From a virus (lineage: Duplodnaviria > Caudoviricetes): a DNA stretch of 64,000 nucleotides. The position numbers and the translations under genes were made by a program. Location of the stretch: IMG/VR virus record IMGVR_UViG_3300037466_003648, positions 64,001 through 128,000 of that record; one strand, 5' to 3'. Every line of letters starts with the position of its first letter. Within the stretch, counting starts at the first letter, position 1. Positions 51,279-59,846 of the stretch are shown piece after piece. Below the pieces are notes generated by a model. That model was not told the DNA's origin and did not search any database. It worked only from the letters and a program-made list of their open reading frames with translations.

Positions 51279-52196
51279 GTGGCGCCCCGTGGTAAGTTCA
51301 TCCCGCCGTCCGGCATCGTCGTCGTGTTCGACTTCGAGACCACCGGCCTCGACCCCGCCGACGGCTCCGAGCCCATCGAGATCGCGGCCATCGCGATCGA
51401 TACGCGCAAGTGCCCGGAGTACCCCGAAGTGGGTCGCTTCCCGGCGCGCGTGATGCGCGTCACCAACACCGCCAAGTTGACGGAGACCTATGATGTTCGC
51501 GTAGGCGACACCCTCGACTCCATCGCGGGTGCGCACAAGACCACCACCGCCTGCCTGCGTGAGCTGAACCAGGTCGACTGGATCGACAGCATCAACCCCG
51601 GCGACGAGATCATCGTGCCGAGCGGTGCGCTGGGCGTGAACGGCAAGACGCCCCGCCAGGTGCTGGAGGGCGAGGACCCGGTTAAGGTCTTCCAGGAGTT
51701 CATCGACTGGTGTGGCAAGGTCACCGGTGCCCGCCACGGCAGCGTCAAGTGCATGCTCGCGGGCCACAACACCCAGTTCGACGTGCGCTTCCTCAAGGCG
51801 GCGCTGAAGCAGCACCTGCCGACCTTCGACTACGAGTCGTTGTTCGACTACCACGACCTGTGCTCGCACAAGGTCTTCCACTTCCGCCACGTCATGGTCA
51901 GCAAGCGCTCGCAGTTCTCGAACCTCGTGCGTGCCACCAAGATGTACGGCATCCCACACAGCGCCCACGAGGCGATGGGCGATGTGGAAGCCACGGTCGA
52001 AGTGTTCCGTCGCATGGCGACCGAAGAGAAGCAACTGGGCAGCGTCCAGCAGCTGGCCGCGGCTCTGCCGCACGTCCTGTACGGCTCGGCCGGTGACATC
52101 GACATGGTGAAGCTGGAAGCCCTGATCAAGCAGGTCTACCCGTCGATCAACACGAGCGACGAGTCGACCTTCCCCGTCCCCGCCCTCGCCGACTAG
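51279..52196 (+). CDS. DEDDh (DnaQ-like) 3'-5' exonuclease with inserted LysM domain
   Basis: ExoI DFETTG, ExoII HNTQFD, ExoIII HEAMGD; LysM at aa ~70-114. Confidence 0.88.
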   Translation: MAPRGKFIPPSGIVVVFDFETTGLDPADGSEPIEIAAIAIDTRKCPEYPEVGRFPARVMRVTNTAKLTETYDVRVGDTLDSIAGAHKTTTACLRELNQVDWIDSINPGDEIIVPSGALGVNGKTPRQVLEGEDPVKVFQEFIDWCGKVTGARHGSVKCMLAGHNTQFDVRFLKAALKQHLPTFDYESLFDYHDLCSHKVFHFRHVMVSKRSQFSNLVRATKMYGIPHSAHEAMGDVEATVEVFRRMATEEKQLGSVQQLAAALPHVLYGSAGDIDMVKLEALIKQVYPSINTSDESTFPVPALAD

Positions 52197-52204
52197 GAGG
52201 TCTT

Positions 52205-52774
52205 ATGTCCGCACCGACCCGCGAAACCCTCATCGTCAATCTGTTCGCCGGACCCGGTGCGGGCAAGTCTACCCTCGCGGCGGGCTTGTTCTACAAGCTC
52301 AAGATGGACAAGCAGCTGCAGGTCGAGTACATCCAGGAGTACGCGAAGGACAAGACCTGGCAGTCGGAGGCGTTCACCCTCCAGTGTCAGCCGTATATCA
52401 CCGCCAAGCAGCTCTACCGGCAGCACCGCCTGTTGGGCAAGGTGGACGTGGTGATCACCGACGCACCTCTACTGCACGGCTTGATCTACCCCGGTCACTA
52501 CACCGGCCCCGACTTCGAGAAGTGGTTGGTCACCACCTTCCACAGCTTCTGGAACCAGAACATCCTGCTCGTGCGCGATGAAGACCCCGCCAACTACGAA
52601 GGTTACGGACGCTCCCAGACCTTTGACGAAGCGCGTGCCATCGACGAGCGGACCAAGGAGATCCTAGAAACGGCTGGTGTCGGTTACTGCACCGTACCTG
52701 CCCAGGGTCACGAGACCGTTGATCGTCTGGCCGACCTCGTGAACGCTGTCTACCGAGAGGCGAACAAGTCGTGA
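52205..52774 (+). CDS. P-loop NTPase (AAA_28/NadR-like)
   Basis: NLFAGPGAGKST, EYAK, ITDAPL, GRSQT. Confidence 0.78.
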   Translation: MSAPTRETLIVNLFAGPGAGKSTLAAGLFYKLKMDKQLQVEYIQEYAKDKTWQSEAFTLQCQPYITAKQLYRQHRLLGKVDVVITDAPLLHGLIYPGHYTGPDFEKWLVTTFHSFWNQNILLVRDEDPANYEGYGRSQTFDEARAIDERTKEILETAGVGYCTVPAQGHETVDRLADLVNAVYREANKS

Positions 52775-54348
52775 GTTACACTCTCACCTGCGACGGGCGC
52801 CAGGTGTCCATAGGACCCCGGCTGCCCGACGCGATCTACGAGACCTTGAAGAAGGTCTTGAGCTACGAGCCCACGGGTGGCGAGTGGGCACCGAACCACC
52901 AGCGCAACCAGTGGAAGACGGGTGCGGACGGCAAGCGGCAGTACAACCGGCAGGCGCACTGGGACGGCAAGGTCGCGGTCATCAAAAAGAACCGCCAAGG
53001 CCAGCCTCACACCTTCCCGCTGGGTCTTCTGGACGTGGCGATGGAAACCCTGCAGCAGTTCAAGGGATACCAGTTCATGGTGGTCGACGAGATCACCCAC
53101 GTTCCGCCCACCGAGGACACACTGCATGGCCGAACGGTGCCCCTCAAAGGCGAACCCACCACCATCGAGATCCGTGACTACCAGGCACGGATCACCACCG
53201 CGTTGCTCAAGCGCACGCACGCCATGGCCGAGCTGGCTACGGGCGGTGGCAAGAGCATCATCATCGGCGAGCTGAACATCAAGTTCCCCACGCTGCGTCG
53301 GTTGGTCACCGTTCCCTCCAAGTCCCTGATGCACCAGACCGCGGCCGACCTGGAAGCGATGCTGGGCGTCAAGGTGGGCCGGTTGGGGGATGGCCTTCAC
53401 CAGGTGGAGGACATCACGGTTGCCATCATCAACTCGGTCTCGTACGCACTGACGGAGAAGGGCCGAACCGCCCGCCCCGACATCGCTGCGTGGATCGAGG
53501 GTGTCCAGATGTGGGTGTGTGACGAGAGTCACCTGTCCTCCACCGACCAGTACAAGGCGGTGGATGAGGCAATGCCACTCACGCAGCGTCGCTACGGTGT
53601 GTCGGCCACGCTGATCCGCGAAGACGGTGCGGAGATGGTCTTCCACGGGATGTTCGGACCCATCGTCGAGCAGGTCCCCGCAATGGAGCTGATCAACCTC
53701 GGCTGGTTGGTGCGCCCCCGCATCGAGATGCACGTCATCGAGCACAACTACATCCATGACGGCGAGGGCAAGAAGCCCAAGTTCGATGATGTGTACGCCG
53801 CCTGCATCACCTACGACCTCGAACGCAACCTGTTCTTTGCGCGGCAAGCCAAGCGCTGTCTCGACGAGAACCGTTGGCCGGTGCTGATCCTGGTTTCCGA
53901 CCTGGAGCACGGCGCCAACCTGCAAGACCTCATCGCGCAGTATGGCCGCACGGCCTTCCTGCAGGGCGAGGACAAGCAGAAGGTGCGCGACAACGTGCTC
54001 AAGATGCTCAAGCGGGGAGAGCTGCCCTTCTTGGTGGCTTCGACCATCTTCGACATCGGTGTGGACATCCCGCCCCTGCGGGCGGTGTTGCTTGCCGGGT
54101 CTGGCAAGGCACAGAGCCGTGCCGCCCAGCGCGTTGGTCGCGGACTCCGTCCCGACGAGCGATCGGTCTTGGTGCAGCTCGTAGGCCCCAAGGATGAAGT
54201 GCTGATCATCGATGCCGAAGATCGCGAGAAGTACTTCCTTCACGGACACAGCGGCCTGCGCAGGAACTTCTTCGACATGTACTACCCCGGCTGCCGCAGC
54301 ACCTGGAAGAACGGCAAGAAGCTGCAAGAGTTCGGCGACCTCTTCTAG
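52771..54348 (+). CDS. superfamily II helicase (UvsW/Rad25-like)
   Basis: RDYQ, LATGGGKS, CDESH, SAT, GVDIP, QRVGRGLR. Confidence 0.9.
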   Translation: MSYTLTCDGRQVSIGPRLPDAIYETLKKVLSYEPTGGEWAPNHQRNQWKTGADGKRQYNRQAHWDGKVAVIKKNRQGQPHTFPLGLLDVAMETLQQFKGYQFMVVDEITHVPPTEDTLHGRTVPLKGEPTTIEIRDYQARITTALLKRTHAMAELATGGGKSIIIGELNIKFPTLRRLVTVPSKSLMHQTAADLEAMLGVKVGRLGDGLHQVEDITVAIINSVSYALTEKGRTARPDIAAWIEGVQMWVCDESHLSSTDQYKAVDEAMPLTQRRYGVSATLIREDGAEMVFHGMFGPIVEQVPAMELINLGWLVRPRIEMHVIEHNYIHDGEGKKPKFDDVYAACITYDLERNLFFARQAKRCLDENRWPVLILVSDLEHGANLQDLIAQYGRTAFLQGEDKQKVRDNVLKMLKRGELPFLVASTIFDIGVDIPPLRAVLLAGSGKAQSRAAQRVGRGLRPDERSVLVQLVGPKDEVLIIDAEDREKYFLHGHSGLRRNFFDMYYPGCRSTWKNGKKLQEFGDLF

Positions 54349-54356
54349 GAGCCCCC

Positions 54357-55607
54357 ATGGACATCAAGGACATCAAGGCGGAGATCGAGTCGTCGATCCC
54401 CATCTCCGCATTGGCGAACAGCCGCGACCGGCAGATTCAGTGCCCCTTCCACCACTCGCGCGACCCCGACATGAAGCTCGCCCACGACACCAACATGTGG
54501 CGTTGCTTCGGGGCGTGTGACGACGGGAAGTGGCACTCGATCTACGACTGGGTCATGGTGCGCGACGGCGTCGACTACAGCTCCGCGCTCAAGATCCTGG
54601 CCGACGAAGCCGGGGTGTCCTTCGCTCCCAACAAGGAGCGGACGCAGGTGCTGTCCGCTTCTCAGAGCTACTACTACGAGCAGCTGCTGAAGGCGCCGCA
54701 CGTCTTGGAGTACCTGCATCGGCGGGGCTTCCCGGACAGCCTGCTCTTCCAGCGGCAGATCGGCTACGCGCCGGAGGGGTTCTTCCCCAACACGGTCACC
54801 CTGCGTCAGCTGACGGACGTCGGTCTGATGAAGGTCGGTATGTACAAGCCCTACCCCTTCTTCTCCGACCGGATCGTCTACCCTGTCTACGACCATCAGT
54901 ACAACCTGGTGCAGATGCAGGGACGGTTGGTGGGCAGCCCCGAGGTTCCCGAAGGCAAGCACATGCCCAAGTACCTGGCGCTGTCGACCGAGGTCGAGCT
55001 GAAGGGGCGGTCGATCTACCACTGCCTGGGTGGCGAGGAGATCCTGAAGAAGGGCGGCATTCCCTACGTCTTCCTGGGCGAGGGATGGCCCGACCGCGAG
55101 ACCCTGACCGCCTGGGACCTCAACGCGGTCAACCTCTTCGGCCACTCCGGCATGGAGAAGCACGCGTCGAAGCTCAAGGGTGTCAAGGAAGTCTATGTGG
55201 TCCTGGACCCGGACGAGGCGAGCCAGCGCAAGTTGCTCAACGGCTTGTACGCGCTCGCCATCAAGATTCCCGAGGTTTCGTTCTTCGTGATCGACTTGGG
55301 ACCTATCACCAACGGCCTCGACCTCAACGACTGGGGGATGAGCGGCAAGCCTGCTGGTGAGCTGCTCGGCGTGCGCAAGGACGAAGCCAAGATCGACGCG
55401 CTGCGCAATGCCTGCGTCAACGCCACGCCCCTGCCCCAGGCGCTCATCAACACCTGGGGTCAGCACCCTCATCTCATCGAGATGGTCGCGCGCTTCGTGG
55501 CCCGGATGCCGGACCGCGAGCGCTGGGTGCACGCGTTGGCCCAGCGTGTTGGAGAGCCTGCCCGTTCCATCGAGTTCTTGATCCGTGTGTTGACCCCCGA
55601 GAGTTAG
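54357..55607 (+). CDS. dnaG: DnaG-type DNA primase (CHC2 Zn finger + TOPRIM)
   Basis: CPFH...CFGAC, YLHRRG, FSDRIVYP, PKYL, LGEGWPD, LDPD. Confidence 0.88.
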   Translation: MDIKDIKAEIESSIPISALANSRDRQIQCPFHHSRDPDMKLAHDTNMWRCFGACDDGKWHSIYDWVMVRDGVDYSSALKILADEAGVSFAPNKERTQVLSASQSYYYEQLLKAPHVLEYLHRRGFPDSLLFQRQIGYAPEGFFPNTVTLRQLTDVGLMKVGMYKPYPFFSDRIVYPVYDHQYNLVQMQGRLVGSPEVPEGKHMPKYLALSTEVELKGRSIYHCLGGEEILKKGGIPYVFLGEGWPDRETLTAWDLNAVNLFGHSGMEKHASKLKGVKEVYVVLDPDEASQRKLLNGLYALAIKIPEVSFFVIDLGPITNGLDLNDWGMSGKPAGELLGVRKDEAKIDALRNACVNATPLPQALINTWGQHPHLIEMVARFVARMPDRERWVHALAQRVGEPARSIEFLIRVLTPES

Positions 55608-55615
55608 GAGAACCC

Positions 55616-56020
55616 ATGCCCTGGTACGAAGAGTTCAAGATCAACGTCCGCGCCGATGAAAACGGCAACCCCGTCCCCCAGCACCAGATCAACCTGAGCA
55701 GCAAGATGCCGCCCATCCCGCGTAACCCCGGCAACGTGTGGGTGTTCGTCGAAGGGCGTTTGTTGGCGCCCGAGCTGCAGTGGCGGCAGGTCGGTCAGCG
55801 TGAGATCGCGTGTCTGCCGATCAACCCCGGTCAGCATTGGCACGTCAAGATCTGGCTCGATAAGCCGTACGAGGGCACCACCTACACGACGCCCGACAGC
55901 ATGCAGAACGCGGACCCCAATTCCGCCCATGTGCAGGGCATCGTCGAGCAGGGGCGGCATGCCGATCCGAACGCCAACATCAGCATCGGTCGCACGCACC
56001 AAGGGCCGCGGTACCAATGA
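55616..56020 (+). CDS. hypothetical protein
   Basis: AGGAG SD. Confidence 0.65.
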   Translation: MPWYEEFKINVRADENGNPVPQHQINLSSKMPPIPRNPGNVWVFVEGRLLAPELQWRQVGQREIACLPINPGQHWHVKIWLDKPYEGTTYTTPDSMQNADPNSAHVQGIVEQGRHADPNANISIGRTHQGPRYQ

Positions 56021-56760
56021 GCAACGTCATCGGCATCGACGAGGTCGGTTGGGGCGCGCTCGCGGGTCCTGTGGTCGTGTGTGCGGCCAGCGTTCCGTTC
56101 GGGCAGTGGGACGTGCTCAAGGGCTGGGGCTTCCGGGACTCCAAGAAGGTCGGCAACGATCCTAAGAAGGTGTCACCCAACCCCCGCACCCGCTACTCGG
56201 CCAACACCTGCGATAAGCTGGTTGACCTGTTGGAGTCGGATGCTGGGAAGGGTTTGGCAACCTGGGCAATCGGCCACGCGGACGCAGCCGATGTCGACCG
56301 CGAGACCCCGCTCTCTGCCAAGAACCGCATCATCCGCACGGCGTTCATGCAGCTGTGTCTCGCCAATGGGTGGGACATGGCGCACGACGTCGAGGTGATC
56401 ATGGACGGCCAGGACAAGGTGCCGACCCTGCCCGAGTGTGTGCCGCAGGAAGCCATTCCCAAGGCGGACGACCTCATCCTGCCCGTGTCGGTCGCGTCGG
56501 TGATTGCCAAGAGCTACCGGGACAAGCTGATGCGCCAGCTTCACACGCGCTACCCCGCCTACGGCTTCGACACCAATGTCGGCTATGGGACGGAGAAGCA
56601 CTTCGAGGCGTTGATCAAGTACGGCCCTATCCCCGGTGTTCACCGGCTTTGCTACGTCAAGAGCCAGGTGGAGAAGTACTACTACCGCACGTACACCGAC
56701 CGCGACCAACGGCGTAAGGCGCTCCCCAAGTGGGTAAATGACCTGGGTTGGGCGCGCTAA
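56017..56760 (+). CDS. rnhB: ribonuclease HII
   Basis: GIDEVGWGALAGPVV, RDSKK, MDG, SVASVIAKSYRD, NVGYGT..H. Confidence 0.92.
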   Translation: MSNVIGIDEVGWGALAGPVVVCAASVPFGQWDVLKGWGFRDSKKVGNDPKKVSPNPRTRYSANTCDKLVDLLESDAGKGLATWAIGHADAADVDRETPLSAKNRIIRTAFMQLCLANGWDMAHDVEVIMDGQDKVPTLPECVPQEAIPKADDLILPVSVASVIAKSYRDKLMRQLHTRYPAYGFDTNVGYGTEKHFEALIKYGPIPGVHRLCYVKSQVEKYYYRTYTDRDQRRKALPKWVNDLGWAR

Positions 56761-56770
56761 AGGAGAACTC

Positions 56771-57007
56771 ATGGAAAAGTTTGGTGTCATTGCTCTGTTG
56801 GTGCTCGTCGCTTTGTGCGGCTGCCCGGAGAAGAAGGCGGAATACCTCAATCCGGGTTGGAACTACGAGTCCATCAACATGATTCATGACGAAGGCACCT
56901 TGGTGTACCGACTGAACAGCGGTTGGGCGATCTACGACAAGACGAACGAGGGCCGCATCGTCATCATCCGTCGGTGGGGTGGCCCCGGTCCCGCGCCGAA
57001 GGAGTAG
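56771..57007 (+). CDS. putative lipoprotein
   Basis: signal ending VALCGC. Confidence 0.6.
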   Translation: MEKFGVIALLVLVALCGCPEKKAEYLNPGWNYESINMIHDEGTLVYRLNSGWAIYDKTNEGRIVIIRRWGGPGPAPKE

Positions 57008-57010
57008 CAC

Positions 57011-57268
57011 ATGTACTTTCAGAAAGCGTCGGAGGCCGTTCACGCGGTGCTCCGCAAGTGCGAACTGCAGACCCAGAAGGGCACCCACCCAGATGACCAG
57101 AGCCACTTCAGCGACGACCTCCAGATCGACGATCTCGAAGAGCTGGAGCTGATCATGTTCCTCGAAAAGGAGCTGGACATCGAGATTCCCGACGAAGATG
57201 TCGCCGACCTGCGTAATCAAACTGTCGACTGGCTCATCAAGTACCTGATGATCAACCACCATCACTAG
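57011..57268 (+). CDS. acyl carrier protein-like protein lacking the Ppant serine
   Basis: FSDDLQIDDLEELELIMFLEKELDIEIPDED aligns with the ACP F..DLG.DSL...EL...LE..F.I.IPD pattern. Confidence 0.75.
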   Translation: MYFQKASEAVHAVLRKCELQTQKGTHPDDQSHFSDDLQIDDLEELELIMFLEKELDIEIPDEDVADLRNQTVDWLIKYLMINHHH

Positions 57269-57280
57269 AAGGAGAACCCC

Positions 57281-59395
57281 GTGGCAGACCTCCAAGACGG
57301 CTTCGGCAGCGCCCCCGTAAAGATGCGCAGCGCCGATGCCGAGGCGCCCAAGGAAAAGGCGGCGCCGACCGTGAGCCTGCCCGATGGCTTCGGCAGTGGC
57401 GAGAAGCGTGCCCCGCGCAGCCTCGAACGCCTCAACGATGACCAGCGCGAGATCATCGCGTCCAAGGCGAAGCGCAAGCTCGTCGTGGCGGGCGCGGGCA
57501 GTGGCAAGACCTCCGGTGTCTTGCTGCCCGCCTGTGACCAGCTGTACCTCGATCGACCCGGCCGCATCGGCATCTTCTCGTTCGGCAAGCTCATCAAGGA
57601 GGAGCTGGAGGAGAAGATCCAGACGGTCCTCGATCCCATAGCAGCGAGCAAGACCAAGGTGTGGACGAACCACGCGATTGGTTTGCGCATGGTCATGAAC
57701 AACCTGGAAGAGCTGGGGCTGCCCAAGGACACCGAGTTGGAGGGCACCCTCTGGAAGATGGTGGCCTGGCTGCGTGAACAAACCGCCGAAGAGACGCGCC
57801 AATCGGCCGCCAACCGGACGCCGCATTTCCGCTTGGAGTTCGGTGGCTTCTCGGATCCCCAGATCAAGGCGCTGCTTGCGATCGAGGAGACCTTGATCGC
57901 CAACGGTGAGCCGCTCGACGGCGAGAAGATCGGGCAGCAGCTGTCCGCCTTCAAACCGCTGGAGCAGTTGATGCGGAGCCCGGATGGTAAGCGCATCGCG
58001 TGGAGCTACATCCACTGGGCGCGCACCATGCGCATGGTGCGCGGCAAGCTGATGTTCCGGGACCTGCTGCCCCTGGCGGCGCTGTTGCCCGATGAACGCT
58101 TCCGTTCGCTGAACCTCAAGCACATCCTCGTGGACGAGGCGCAGGACTTGTCGGCCGACCAGCACGCGGTCATGCGCAAGCTCTCGAACGTGGTAGAAAC
58201 CACCCTGTTCGTGGGCGACCCGGCCCAGTGCATCTACCGCTTCAGCGGCTCGCGTCCCGATCTGTTCATGGGCATCAAAGACTCCTACCAGGATGTCCAG
58301 ATGTTCACGATGGGTGTGAACTACCGCTGTGACGAGCCAATTCTGGACCTCGCCAACCACATGCTCAAGAACGTCATCCAGTCCCCGGTGCGCTTGTCGC
58401 CCCCGGAAGACCGGATGGGCGGTCCCATCGAAACAGGCAACGCCACGGGCAAGGAACTGTGCGGTTGGATCGAGAAGCGTATAGCCGACGGCGAGCAGAA
58501 GCGCGACATTGTGGTGCTCACCCGCACCAACGCCCAGCTGTTGACCATCGAGTTGGCGCTGACGCGCGCGGGCATCACCTACAACTGCTGGAAGGGTTCG
58601 CTCTTCGAGCACCAGGCGGTTGACGACTTCTTGGCGTACGTACGCTTCCTGGCCTCCGAGCGCTCCGCGAGCGACTGGAGCAAGATCGTCACGCACATCA
58701 AGTTCCTGGGGAAGAAGACGGCCGACGACGCTTGGGACATCTCGCAGGGCGACCCGCTCAAGATGCCCAGCAGTTGGTACCCCTCGACGGTTAAGGGCGA
58801 CGCGGCGAAGAAGCGCTGGTTTGATCTCACCGGTCGCCTGCGCGAGCTGCGCGACCGGATGCAACCGCGGGAGTTTGGCAGTGCACAGGTCACCTGGCCG
58901 TCCGTATTGTTCAACCAGCTCAAGGGTGTCTGGCTGGAGCGCTGGCCGGATGACCCGGACAGGTTGCGTGAAGCGGAAGAGATCGGCGAGGTCTTCGTCG
59001 AGTGGGCCAGTGAGATTGCCGATCCCATTGCCTTGCTCGACCAGATCGAGACGATGTCCGTCCAGGACCCCAATGGTGTCGTGCTCTCTACCCTGCACAA
59101 GTTCAAGGGTTTGGAGCGCAACTCCGTTGTTGTCTGGAACGTGGGCATGGGCAAGTCCAAGGGTCTCTTCCCCCGCAATGGTGGCGACGCCGAAGAGGAA
59201 GCGTGCATCTTCTACGTGGCCGTCACCCGCGCGCGGCACCATCTCCTGTTGCTCAAGAACATCGAGTGCGCCTGGCCCTACGGGATTGACACGATGTTCT
59301 GCCAGCAAGGTCTCTTGCTCCCAGTCCACGGTACACAGAAACCCTGTGTCTCGTGTCCCTACGAGTTCTCGTGCCTAGCCAAGCTAGGTGCATAG
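57281..59395 (+). CDS. UvrD/Rep-family (SF1) helicase
   Basis: AGAGSGKT, LVDEAQD, VGDPAQCIY.F.G, NYR, STLHKFKGLE, FYVAVTRAR. Confidence 0.93.
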   Translation: MADLQDGFGSAPVKMRSADAEAPKEKAAPTVSLPDGFGSGEKRAPRSLERLNDDQREIIASKAKRKLVVAGAGSGKTSGVLLPACDQLYLDRPGRIGIFSFGKLIKEELEEKIQTVLDPIAASKTKVWTNHAIGLRMVMNNLEELGLPKDTELEGTLWKMVAWLREQTAEETRQSAANRTPHFRLEFGGFSDPQIKALLAIEETLIANGEPLDGEKIGQQLSAFKPLEQLMRSPDGKRIAWSYIHWARTMRMVRGKLMFRDLLPLAALLPDERFRSLNLKHILVDEAQDLSADQHAVMRKLSNVVETTLFVGDPAQCIYRFSGSRPDLFMGIKDSYQDVQMFTMGVNYRCDEPILDLANHMLKNVIQSPVRLSPPEDRMGGPIETGNATGKELCGWIEKRIADGEQKRDIVVLTRTNAQLLTIELALTRAGITYNCWKGSLFEHQAVDDFLAYVRFLASERSASDWSKIVTHIKFLGKKTADDAWDISQGDPLKMPSSWYPSTVKGDAAKKRWFDLTGRLRELRDRMQPREFGSAQVTWPSVLFNQLKGVWLERWPDDPDRLREAEEIGEVFVEWASEIADPIALLDQIETMSVQDPNGVVLSTLHKFKGLERNSVVVWNVGMGKSKGLFPRNGGDAEEEACIFYVAVTRARHHLLLLKNIECAWPYGIDTMFCQQGLLLPVHGTQKPCVSCPYEFSCLAKLGA

Positions 59396-59421
59396 TGCAT
59401 AACGATCCCGAGGAGGGTACA

Positions 59422-59826
59422 ATGACCAAGACCGATCCGCGTACGGCAGGTTTCCTCCGGGCGTACCACAGCTACAAGCTGCGCTACACAGGTGACTCCG
59501 AGCTGCAGTTGCTGCGTCGGATGGACGCCCGGATTCTCCCTTGCTTTGCCACTACGATCGAACACCCCCCGCTCTCGCCCTTGACCACCAAGACCCTCCT
59601 CAACGGGCTCGTAGACTTCGTCACTGCCATGGACAACCGCCTTGCGGAGCTGGGGCACGCCGAGTTCGTCGAGCACAGTCGGATCGTCGGCGCGAAGAAC
59701 TTCTTCGGCCGAGAGGGCATCGATGTCGAGGATGTGATGAAGCCAATGGTGGAACTGGACAACCAGAGCCCCATGCAAGCTTTCATCGCCGTCCGCAAGA
59801 GCCTGTGGGATCAGATCCCCACCTAA
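59422..59826 (+). CDS. hypothetical protein
   Basis: AGGAGG SD. Confidence 0.65.
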   Translation: MTKTDPRTAGFLRAYHSYKLRYTGDSELQLLRRMDARILPCFATTIEHPPLSPLTTKTLLNGLVDFVTAMDNRLAELGHAEFVEHSRIVGAKNFFGREGIDVEDVMKPMVELDNQSPMQAFIAVRKSLWDQIPT

Positions 59827-59846
59827 CCCATCAGGAGAAGAACTGA

